The notes beneath the pieces are model-generated. The model did no database searches and was not told the origin of the DNA. It saw only the letters and a program-made list of their open reading frames with translations. This document shows positions 7,952-17,700 of a stretch of 64,000 bases of DNA, piece by piece. Origin of the DNA: a virus; the IMG/VR virus record IMGVR_UViG_3300043548_000722, positions 43,651 to 107,650 of that record. One strand, given 5' to 3'. The stretch's first letter is position 1. Each line of letters begins with the position of its first letter. A program made the translations under genes and the position numbers.

Positions 7952-10900
7952 AGCCCCAACCCTTGTCGCCTGCTCGATCCGTGAGCCAGCCGATACGCGC
8001 CCCACGAAACTTTACATTCGGCGGGTACATTGTAGAGATTGCTCGATGCGCCCAGTTTGTGTCTCCGTCAACGAAGGGACCTGGGTCAGATGTCCCAACT
8101 GCAATCGCCTTTCCAAACTTCCCGAACGAGAACGCGACTGCCTCCGCCAGGGTGCTGACCGTTGTGGTGGTAGGCTGATACTGCGGCTGCACTATTACCG
8201 GAAAGTCAAACGACGAATCCGGAGACACTGAAGTAAGGCCAACGGCATCCGACAAGTTGAAAGGAAGCACCTCTCCTGTGCCGAGCGCGTTTGGCGTTCT
8301 CCTGGGGCCGCCAATGAACCGGATGACAAGTGCGTATGCAAAATGCCTGCGGTCTACACGAAGCGCCGCGGCTGAGATCGCCTCGTCAGGTAGGTGCAGT
8401 CTCTTCTTAACGAAGTATTCCTTTCGCGCGAACACACTAAGAGGAGAGGACCCGATGAAGGGGGCGGAGTATTCCCACGCTTCTTCGACCTCGTTGGTCG
8501 CGTCTGCATTGTCGCCAACTGCGGGCAAATCCACTTCGCCAGACCAGATAATCTCCCCAAACCCGAACTCGGGCTCGTGTTCGTTCCATCTCGCAAAATC
8601 ATCCTGATCGAACGCCGTATCCAGGGTATTGAACCTCCAGAGCTCTACGAGCACTCCGGCATTAGGCTCCCACTGTGAGACATCAGACACCTCCTCGAAG
8701 GTAGCGCCACTACCAATCTTCCAGAAGATCTCAGGAGCTCTCTTGTAGATTCCCCAACAAGTACTTGAGCTCGGGCGCATGCTTAGAGAAATTGAAACCT
8801 CTGAGAGTACGGAGCCGTGAGGGGCATCGACCGGCATCGTAAAGCCGACAAACCCAGGGGGAATGAACGAGTCCCTAGGAATATCTACATCATTAACGCT
8901 CCAGGACGAGTTCACTGTCAGGTGTCCGTGGAGCGCGTACCAAAGAGGATCAAACGCTGCCGTATACAACGTGATTGTGGCAGAGTTGACCCCGATATCG
9001 AACAGCCTGTACATGTCTACTGATGGCCTGATCCATCGATCCTCGGGGATAGAGTTGATCAGGCTTTCAATGAGATCCCCCTGTCCAGCTGACAGGGTCT
9101 CCCGTATAGAGGCACATTCACCTCGGAGGGCATACGCCGCGTTGACTAGAGCAACATAGAATTCTTCATTTCTACTTACGACCCTGGGCTCAGTGTCTTC
9201 GTACTGCCTAATAGCTGCCGAAGCCAGTTTTTCGCAGGTAGCAAGAAACTCCATAAAGGCCTCCGATACCGCGGTATCCAACGGATCTGCGGTATGGGCG
9301 CTGTCCAAAACAACCCAGGCGGCGTCTGCGTCCTCGTATGCCGTACCCCAGGAAAACTTCAGGATTTCCGAGGAAGCATCTGGCATCGGCTCTAACATCA
9401 ATGTACGTAGATTATTTCCATATGTCCATGCATTTGCCGGGCTCGGTTGTCCGGAGGTATCAGACAAAATCTGTTGCGTTGTCTTAACTCCTAAGATTGT
9501 TTGAGAGTTCACAGTACGTAGCAGACCAGGACCTCCCCGCAGCTCTTGCATACCCATCGAGTACGTTGAAGTTGGAGGGGTGAACGATGTGGAAGTGCTC
9601 AAGTCGTAGTCACGCTGCCAGCCCATGTTCACGCCGTAATCCTGCCCACCAAGCAACTTGGTATCGGCAGGACCAAGCGTCTGGTAGCCCTTTACGGCAT
9701 TGGCAAACCGGAACCCATGCGCGGCAACGTGGCCCGAAGTAAGTACCGGACCGCTAACCTTCAGTGGGTCCGTGTCGTGCTGGACGGAGATCTCCTGGAA
9801 CGCCATGTACGTCGAGGTAGTCGGATCAGCCGGGACCGTAATCTGGAGAAATAACTCCTCGTCAAGCCTGCTCTCCTGAAGCGCGCTTGAGGCACGATCC
9901 ACAACCCCATTGACCGCGAGCGTGGCTTCGTAGGATCGAATCTCCACCGCGCCAGAAGACACAAAGCTCACTACGGATACCGAGTCCGAGGCGACTGTCG
10001 TTCCTGACGCGGTCACCATGGCGAGTCCGACAGTCACAGGAGCCGCAGTGCCTCCCGATGCCGCACGCAGACGAATCTTGAGACGAAGGTGGTCCTTCCA
10101 GATGTATCGACGCCCGCGCTGGCGAAGGACTGTTGCCGTAGCTGCTCTAGTCACGATTAGTGTGCCGCCGTGTGTGGGCTGGTAGCTGAGGGCTCCGCCC
10201 AGACCCACCTTGCGGATGTCGGTCAACGCAAAGTCGGAGGCCGTGGTATCCACAGTCTCGTCGGCATAAAATGGAGGGCGAGGCTCATTTGAGTACGTCG
10301 CCCACGGAGTCGTGTGGTGAGGCGACTCGGCGCTTCCGGACCATGCGGACGACTCAAAAAGAAGCGGTGCTGAGATAGGGTCGTAGTCTTCGGCAGCCCC
10401 AATCCCTGCACCATCTGTGGTCAGCGCCCATTGTACGAATGAGAGCGTCTTTGAGTTTCCGGAGCGGTCAACCGTGCTGTCCGCGCGTTCATCCAGAGAG
10501 TTTGAGTCAGAGGACAGCAGTGGAAGCTGGTCAAGAGTCTTGAGCGCCTGATAGGTGCCGACCTGCATCCAGTCCGCAATGTCTATGTAGGAGCGGTGCC
10601 ATCGCAGGCCGTGCAGCCGGAAGTCAGCTCCGGCCGCAGGCGTGATCGCAACATCTCCGCCCAGTGCAAAGAAGATATCGGTTCCGTCGCTCTCCACTGC
10701 CAAAATCGCATATCTTTCGCCAGTGGAAATAACCTCAACGATGCAGCCAACCCACGAGGACGCCGGCCCCGGCAGGGCTCCGACTCCGAGAGACGAGACC
10801 GCGAGCACTCCTGCATGGGCAAGATTGAAGCGAGTGTAGTCGGAGGCAGTGAAGTCTCCTATCGGGTCGCTGTCCGTCTCATTGGCAGGGCGGATAATCC

Positions 10901-13900
10901 CCGGCCTTCCCAAAGTAGTCGGAGCTGCCCAGTAGGAAGAGCTCGAGGGGTCCCAGTGATACCCGATGTGCAGATCCGAGTTTGACCCCCACATTGGGTA
11001 GATCATTCGGCCCGCAGCAATGACATCCTCTGAATACACCCCTCCCAGAGCGTGCCCAAAGTCACTGTCGGGAGGATTGCCGTGTACCCAAATCGAACCG
11101 ACGGTTTCGATGGCTGAGCCCAAGCCCGTGATTGCGGGCTCCGTCCCATCCGACTTGCGAATGAAGACGGCCGCAGCCGAGGGCGTGTGTGACCCGCCCG
11201 CAGTGTCTTCACCTTTTGCGACCACCAACGCAGGGTCTGTGCCGCGCTGAATGACTCCAGCAGCAAACGACCTACGAACCCCGGTCGTGTAGTCGGCCCC
11301 ATCAGTGTCCGGAAGTCTGAAGGCCGAGCTGTTGCCGAACCCCGATGCCTCTACAAAGAGGCCAACGGCGGTAGAGTCGACTGTCTCGGAAGAAGCGACG
11401 GCGACATGGATGCCGTCCGCAGGTGAGAACGCGTTTACGTCCACGGCGTAGCCACGGCTGACATCGTCGGCCCCGCCGTCCAAGGCAGAAAACTCCGAGT
11501 CATTGGCCGTGACAAGGATGCCTGCGCCGGTGCCTGCCCACCCCACGCGAATGCCGATGACGGTGTCGTTTGCGCTTGCAGCCGCCGGATCCTGCTCCTG
11601 GAACACGCTCAGGGCTGCGCGGCCTGCCGCCGCGCCTCCGAACATGGGCACTCCGACGCCCATGCGCAGATTCAGAAGCATGAACTGATGTGAGCCGGTG
11701 AAGGTCGGAGACGTACCGTCGAGATTGCGAATCGTAAGCTGGTTCGGACGGGTTTCGTAGGCTTCGTAAAGACCCGCGTACAGACCCGTGAGCACACGCA
11801 CGTAGGTCTTTGCGCCGTGCGAGTTGGCCGACCGGGCTGACGTGGAGTGGTGCGTGATTGGGTACAGAGTTCGCAGATTGTCTGGATTTACGGAGACTGA
11901 TGCCGAGTTCACGACTGACGTGATCACGCCACCTGACGCAAACGACCCGGTCAGGATGTCAAGATTCGAAACCGTGGTCCCATCAAGGAGCGCGGATTTC
12001 GTCACATGCTCGAAATGAGCAAAGGCCAGGTCGCTACCGACGCTGCTGCCATTGACCTTCGTATGATGGAAACCTCCTGCCCTTACGCTCTCGGTGACGC
12101 TGCTAATTGCTGCGCGATAGTCCGTGACCAGGTCGTCAAAGATCTCCCATGACGACACGTTGTCCGCACCGCCGCCAAGCGGCAGCACGGTGCCAATCTG
12201 ATGCAGCGGAGGGACAATCTGCACAGTCCGCCCATCAATCCAGCGCGTGATGCGCCAATCGGCGTAGTTCGTGCCGCTGATGACGAAGTTGATCGCGCGA
12301 CCAACGTCCTCAAGGGTGAATGCGTCGTAGGTGCCGGAGGCATCGTATCCAGAGGCACGGAGGAGGTTCCCCTCCAGAACTTCCGCTGCGTCCACGGATG
12401 TGCGATTGGAGGCGGCCGTCGTTGCGGCGGGCGTTGCGAAAAGAGTGACTGGGCGATCAGTAACTTCTGCAAAGAAGCCGCCACCCTTGTCCTGGCCCTG
12501 TCCCTGGTAGACACCGCCGAAGTTGAGATTGCGGTGCAGGTTTCGTAGGACCCAGCCATCGACCTCTTCTGACGAGTTGATGGCCGGGACCAGCAAGAAG
12601 TCTCGAGGCACGCGACCAAATGCGTTCTGCATGCCGAGGATGATGCGGATACCGCCTGCGGGAACACGCGGGATGTGCGGCTCGAACCACAGGTACAGCG
12701 AGGTTTCGAACAGTCCATTCGAGTGGACAGTGAGCGTCTCTCCCGACTGGGCGTTGAGAAGATGCAGAGACTCATCTGTTTCGTGCCGAACGACGATCTC
12801 TGTCTCCGAAACGACAGTGTCTACAACGTATCTCCCCGCGTTCGAGATTGGGGTTACAACGACCGGACCCGTTAGCTCAACGATGTCCCCTTCACGCACT
12901 CCGTTCGTGACAAACGTCGCGCCGGAGCAAATGATCGTAGCGCCATCGATAATCTCTGTGACGCCCACAGAGCTTTGCTTCAGAGACTCTCCGCCCAAAG
13001 CATTACGGTAGAACGGGTAGTCATCTGTGCTGAGCGGTAGGTTGGCCGACCCGTCTTCGTTGAAGGTACTCGCGCCTCCAACAATCCCGCCAGAGGGCAG
13101 GTAAGCAACGGTGCCGATGCCCACTACCTTGTCAAGAGATAGCAACTCGTTCCACTCGGAGTCGAGGACCGCAAAGTACTGAGAGATCTGCTGAAGCGAG
13201 GCGTCGGCAGGAAGATCAACGAAAATTGCGGTCTCGAGCACTGCATCGAGATCATCGAGGTATCCGGTGGCCAGGTCGATTGAGGTCACCGCCCCCGTGA
13301 GCGCGTCATACTTCAGACGAGGGCTGTCCTCTGGGATCTCCAGCACGACAGGTACGGCCACTTCGCGGACAAGCTGGACCTGGTGGCTGTCGAGGTTCTT
13401 GGCTAGGCTGTGCAGAGCGCGATTGACGCTCTCGCTCGTCCGGTCCTCTCCACGCGCGACGAAGCTAGACCGCGGACGGTTGCCCTGCGTCAGAGCTCGC
13501 GGACTGGAAGATGCAAGGTCCCCCGCAGTCACCCGTGCAGACGGATGCGGGTTTACGTGTAGGCCAACCAGCGGAGCAAGGTCTGTGAAGCCCGCGGCAG
13601 TCGGAAGAACCTCGATAAAGGCATTGGTCCCTTCCGCAGCAACGTAGCCGGTGTTCTTGGCAACAACCTTGAGCACACCTTCGTAGGCATAGGCAGTCAG
13701 CGGGGCCGGAATGGATACCGCAGCGGCTGCGGTGTTGATCCCATCTACGATCTGCGCCAGGGTTAGCGCAGAGACAGAGGAGAACGAAACGACCAGGCTC
13801 GCCAAGGATTCTGTCGCAAAAGTGATCGCAAAGCTGCCCGGGCTACTCGCTGCCAAGATGGCATCGATGTCGTCGAAGCCTCCGGTGGCATTGATGGGCT

Positions 13901-13979
13901 TGGCGCCAAAGATAACGGGCTGCGCGAGGACAGCTTTGTCCGTCTTGCTTGCAAGAAAGGGACGGCGTACAAAACTCAT
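7950..13979 (-). CDS. Large tail fibre/adsorption-like virion protein, 2009 aa
   Basis: Beta-rich, Gly/Ser/Thr-rich; distal end of the baseplate operon; contains G-D-x-V...G-x-Y-x-V modules. Confidence 0.6.
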   Translation of the reverse strand: MSFVRRPFLASKTDKAVLAQPVIFGAKPINATGGFDDIDAILAASSPGSFAITFATESLASLVVSFSSVSALTLAQIVDGINTAAAAVSIPAPLTAYAYEGVLKVVAKNTGYVAAEGTNAFIEVLPTAAGFTDLAPLVGLHVNPHPSARVTAGDLASSSPRALTQGNRPRSSFVARGEDRTSESVNRALHSLAKNLDSHQVQLVREVAVPVVLEIPEDSPRLKYDALTGAVTSIDLATGYLDDLDAVLETAIFVDLPADASLQQISQYFAVLDSEWNELLSLDKVVGIGTVAYLPSGGIVGGASTFNEDGSANLPLSTDDYPFYRNALGGESLKQSSVGVTEIIDGATIICSGATFVTNGVREGDIVELTGPVVVTPISNAGRYVVDTVVSETEIVVRHETDESLHLLNAQSGETLTVHSNGLFETSLYLWFEPHIPRVPAGGIRIILGMQNAFGRVPRDFLLVPAINSSEEVDGWVLRNLHRNLNFGGVYQGQGQDKGGGFFAEVTDRPVTLFATPAATTAASNRTSVDAAEVLEGNLLRASGYDASGTYDAFTLEDVGRAINFVISGTNYADWRITRWIDGRTVQIVPPLHQIGTVLPLGGGADNVSSWEIFDDLVTDYRAAISSVTESVRAGGFHHTKVNGSSVGSDLAFAHFEHVTKSALLDGTTVSNLDILTGSFASGGVITSVVNSASVSVNPDNLRTLYPITHHSTSARSANSHGAKTYVRVLTGLYAGLYEAYETRPNQLTIRNLDGTSPTFTGSHQFMLLNLRMGVGVPMFGGAAAGRAALSVFQEQDPAAASANDTVIGIRVGWAGTGAGILVTANDSEFSALDGGADDVSRGYAVDVNAFSPADGIHVAVASSETVDSTAVGLFVEASGFGNSSAFRLPDTDGADYTTGVRRSFAAGVIQRGTDPALVVAKGEDTAGGSHTPSAAAVFIRKSDGTEPAITGLGSAIETVGSIWVHGNPPDSDFGHALGGVYSEDVIAAGRMIYPMWGSNSDLHIGYHWDPSSSSYWAAPTTLGRPGIIRPANETDSDPIGDFTASDYTRFNLAHAGVLAVSSLGVGALPGPASSWVGCIVEVISTGERYAILAVESDGTDIFFALGGDVAITPAAGADFRLHGLRWHRSYIDIADWMQVGTYQALKTLDQLPLLSSDSNSLDERADSTVDRSGNSKTLSFVQWALTTDGAGIGAAEDYDPISAPLLFESSAWSGSAESPHHTTPWATYSNEPRPPFYADETVDTTASDFALTDIRKVGLGGALSYQPTHGGTLIVTRAATATVLRQRGRRYIWKDHLRLKIRLRAASGGTAAPVTVGLAMVTASGTTVASDSVSVVSFVSSGAVEIRSYEATLAVNGVVDRASSALQESRLDEELFLQITVPADPTTSTYMAFQEISVQHDTDPLKVSGPVLTSGHVAAHGFRFANAVKGYQTLGPADTKLLGGQDYGVNMGWQRDYDLSTSTSFTPPTSTYSMGMQELRGGPGLLRTVNSQTILGVKTTQQILSDTSGQPSPANAWTYGNNLRTLMLEPMPDASSEILKFSWGTAYEDADAAWVVLDSAHTADPLDTAVSEAFMEFLATCEKLASAAIRQYEDTEPRVVSRNEEFYVALVNAAYALRGECASIRETLSAGQGDLIESLINSIPEDRWIRPSVDMYRLFDIGVNSATITLYTAAFDPLWYALHGHLTVNSSWSVNDVDIPRDSFIPPGFVGFTMPVDAPHGSVLSEVSISLSMRPSSSTCWGIYKRAPEIFWKIGSGATFEEVSDVSQWEPNAGVLVELWRFNTLDTAFDQDDFARWNEHEPEFGFGEIIWSGEVDLPAVGDNADATNEVEEAWEYSAPFIGSSPLSVFARKEYFVKKRLHLPDEAISAAALRVDRRHFAYALVIRFIGGPRRTPNALGTGEVLPFNLSDAVGLTSVSPDSSFDFPVIVQPQYQPTTTTVSTLAEAVAFSFGKFGKAIAVGTSDPGPFVDGDTNWAHRAISTMYPPNVKFRGARIGWLTDRAGDKGWG

Positions 13980-14593
13980 AGGAAGCGGACCTCCCAGATC
14001 ACGCGCAGAGTAAACGAAGTGGTCTTGGTTACGGGCTCAAATGTCTTGTAGGCCATTGGTGCCCGATCCGCGACGGCCATACCAGTCGGAGTCGCAGTGC
14101 GACTCCAGTTGTTGTCCGGATCTCCGTCCGTGAACAGCCCGGCCTCCGTGAGAATCACGTTGTCCGGCAGGCTGATCTCTGTCTGCCCATATTCCCGGAT
14201 GAACCGCACCGCCGTCCTGGAGGACGTGGAGGACAACACGGGGAAGGTAGCAGGGACTCTGACTCTCGCCAGGAACTCTCCTGGAACGTACGGGACGCCG
14301 CTGACAAGCTGCGAGATGTTTGCGACCTCGGGCTGGGATCCTACGCCGAGGCCGATGAACGCAATGCGGTCATTCCGAAAAAATTCGTCGCCTGAAAAGT
14401 TCTTAAGAGAGATTAGTTCGGCCAAGTACTCACGGCCCGTGAGCGTCCAGATGTTCGAGCCTTCGACATGCTGACGGCACTTGCCGTTTTCGAAGCTGTC
14501 GATCGTGACGAACCCTTCGATGGCCGGAGCTGAGGCATGGTCCTTGACCACTTTACGGCCAAAGAACGGCAGTAGGCGCGCGATGTTCAGCAT
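13976..14593 (-). CDS. Tail-collar/fibre-attachment-like protein
   Basis: TLTGREYLA...IGLGVG...LTEAGLF...AYKTFEPVTKT...VIWEVRF resembles tail-collar fibre N-terminal domains. Confidence 0.6.
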   Translation of the reverse strand: MLNIARLLPFFGRKVVKDHASAPAIEGFVTIDSFENGKCRQHVEGSNIWTLTGREYLAELISLKNFSGDEFFRNDRIAFIGLGVGSQPEVANISQLVSGVPYVPGEFLARVRVPATFPVLSSTSSRTAVRFIREYGQTEISLPDNVILTEAGLFTDGDPDNNWSRTATPTGMAVADRAPMAYKTFEPVTKTTSFTLRVIWEVRFL

Positions 14594-14775
14594 ACTTCGA
14601 GTCTCCGGATGATCTCTTTGGCCTCGTCCACAGTAACACCGAAGTTGAACGCAATCACTTCGGGGTTGAGAGGTTTGCCGTCCGCAGACTGAATACCTCC
14701 TCTACGCGCTCCCTTGGCGCCGCCCTCAATCTTAAGGGAGTCAACGACTCTTGGCTGTTCTTTGTTCCTGATCAT
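14587..14775 (-). CDS. Small hypothetical protein (possible HTH)
   Basis: Overlaps both neighbours; PEVIAFNFGVTVDEAKEIIRRL. Confidence 0.55.
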   Translation of the reverse strand: MIRNKEQPRVVDSLKIEGGAKGARRGGIQSADGKPLNPEVIAFNFGVTVDEAKEIIRRLEVC

Positions 14776-17700
14776 CGCTTACCCTGCGAAGGCGTTTCTT
14801 TACGGAAGATACGACCGATGACAGACGCGGGTTCTGGAGTCATTTCTGCGATCGTGAACTGGGTAGCAGAGTTTACTTCGATGATTGGGAACAGAAAGTG
14901 ATCTGTCCCGTAATCAAACTCAAAAAAGTCTCCTGGACGAACCCCAAGCTCTTCAATATCGTGGCTTGCATCCGAGATAGTAACGACCGCGGTCCCGTCA
15001 ATGTCAAAGCCTACTGCGGGAGTATACGTCGAAACAATCGCGGCTTCGTCTGCGGGGAAGATACCGTCGATTGTGATGGTCCCTCCGTCGACCTCCGCAA
15101 TGGTGTAGACGCCGTGCGAAAGGCTGCCAGCACTAGGAGCGACCACAAGCAGGTCTCCTGCTGAGGCGGCAAAGGACCCCGTGAGGGTGCTTCCTGAAAG
15201 AGTGACCGGACCGGCAGCGTCGACCACCGTCAGGGGACGATAGATATCGATCTCTATGTCGTCATAGCCCATGAGCCGCTCAAGACGTGGATCTGTGTCT
15301 CCGTCGAATTCTTCGTATACCTGTTTGCGAATTTCTACATTTTCTATGAGACGCTCGACAGGTCGGCTCAAGAAAACCTGATCTCCGTAGATCGCTACAA
15401 TTTTATAGGCAGCCCCGGTGTCCGTATCATAGAGAGTGTCTTCGCGCTCGACATTCTTTAGATCGATATCGGCAATCTCAATTACAGAGACTCCGAGTGT
15501 CGCGGTACTCGCGCTTCCGGAGTAAACCGGGTTCTTCGTCAGTGACCACCGTTCAATACGGTACTCGGCGCTCTCATCGGGGTCCGGAAGAGGAGTCGCG
15601 AGAGTAAGTGCCGTTTCCTGATCTGCAAAGAGATCTGGGGTTCCCGTGTTGGAGGTCGCGTAGAGAGCCCAGTCAAATACTCCGAGATCTTGGATTACAT
15701 AGACGCCGCGGTTTGGCCCACTCAGAATGATGACGCGGTCATCCGCGGTCACACCCGAGGACCGGAACGCAGCATTGTCGTCTCGCAGGACGTGGTGCTC
15801 AAAGAACTCCGCGTCATCTCCAAAGGTACTGTCTACCGCAAATGAAGTCCCTTCATAGATGATGTGAGAGTCATCGCGAAGAACTTGGAACTGGGCAGCA
15901 GAATCCGCCGCAAGAGAGGAGATCGGTTTGGTGTACGGAGTGCTGTCTGCGTCCTCATCAATGCGGAGTTCCGTGTCGCTAACGACCTCCGCAACAATGT
16001 ACATTCCACGATTGGGGCCGGAGATGATGACCAGCCGATCTCCAGCTTGAATGAGATTGCGCCCGAATACCGTGACTTCGCCCGGAAAGGCGGAGTTGAT
16101 CCTGGGGAGCGAGGTAACATCCCCGCTGAACCCGCCTCTTGCGGAGGTCACGGTATCCGAGCCTGCTTCGAACTCGAGGTCGTCTCCCTGAAACAGTGTG
16201 CGCGTACTGCGGCTTCCGAAATCGAAACGACGAAGGGCTTGTCCACTGCCGTTGAGGTCATCAAAGGCCCGTGTGGACTCCGTGCTAAACGCAGGGTCAT
16301 CCATCAGGTGGAGATCCATCCCAAGGGTGGGGCGTGCGTCTACCGTCACGGAGTCAAGCAGCGACAAGACTGCAACGATCTGGGGCTTCGTGTAGATCGG
16401 CCGGATTCGGTTCAGGAACTCTGTGGCCAATGGAATGTCGCGCGAGTCTACTGCGCGCACATCAATCTCAGCCTGCCAAGTATGATACTTGCGCAGCTCG
16501 ACTTCTCCGGGAACGGCAGAGTACTCTCGCCACCAAGTCGGGGACACGACGTTGTCTGTCAAGATCACTGCGTTGGTGAGCGGAGTGAAGGGCGGAAGGA
16601 AGTCACCGACCGCAAAAACGCTACCCGTAAGGGGATTGATCCCTAGACCCTTAAACTTTTCTATGCTGTAGAGATCTGAGCGAGGATAGCGGAAAACGCT
16701 GAAAATTCCCGTACCTAGCCCCTCAGCATCAAGCTCCTCAGTGATTACACGACCGTAGAGGTCCGTGTATTCTGGATCAATCTGAACAATCTCACTTGGC
16801 TTCTCTGTGACGGGCAGATCCAACAGGATGTGCGCGCCAATTTCGGCTGAGCGAAGTGTTGGACCAGAGGCCCACGCGTACATCAGTCCGGCAACTGCCG
16901 CACGATACGAAATCTGAGTCGTTCCATATGCGTCAAGATCTGCTTTAGTAATGTTGACGAGAACGCCAAAGTTATCTTCGATGTATTTGAAATTATCAAT
17001 CAGCGTGAGTGGGGCCCAAAGGGTTTCTGGTGCAGGGCTACTGGGTGTGAACCGGGACGAAAATTCGATGAACCGTCCCTGCCCACGGCGACGAATCACA
17101 TACTCGATGGACTGTTGATCGGCGACTGGGAAGAGCCCGTCCGCAACACGCGGGCTGACTCTTAACTCACGTTCTGAAGTCACGGAGGTGATTGCGTAGG
17201 TCCCCTGGCTAAGCCCCGTCAAGATTTCCAGTTCGTCCCCGGGACGAATTCCATGAAACACCAGAGAGTAGTCAGCGATACCGACGACGGGCGACCGCGC
17301 TCGCGTCGTCAACGCAGTGCCCCGATGCTCCGTGCCCGTGATGCTAAAGTCATTGTTTTCGGACAACTTGATCGGAAGCCGTGACAGCGAGCTAGTAGTG
17401 TCATCCTCGTGGATAAGGATGGTGCTCGATCCCTGAGATTCCACGCGCTCTGGTGAGATGTACTCAAACAATGCTGGAATCGAGTAAACCGGCTCTTCTG
17501 CCTCACCACTCGGATCAAGCGGAATCCTCGTATTTCGAATAACTCGTGTTGGACTAATCTGGATGTCAAAGAAACCCGTCAAGGAAATATTAGTGGTCGG
17601 GTCCAGTGGGAGGTTCTGGTACGAATTGCGAAACTCCCTGCTGTGAAAAATCTCGTAGATGTCCAGCGCGGACTCAGTGTAGAGCGCCTCCCCACTTTCC

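Noticed and set aside
7950-13979. Diversity-generating retroelement target in the tail fibre
   Set aside because: No reverse transcriptase and no adenine-variable repeat pair noticed in the window
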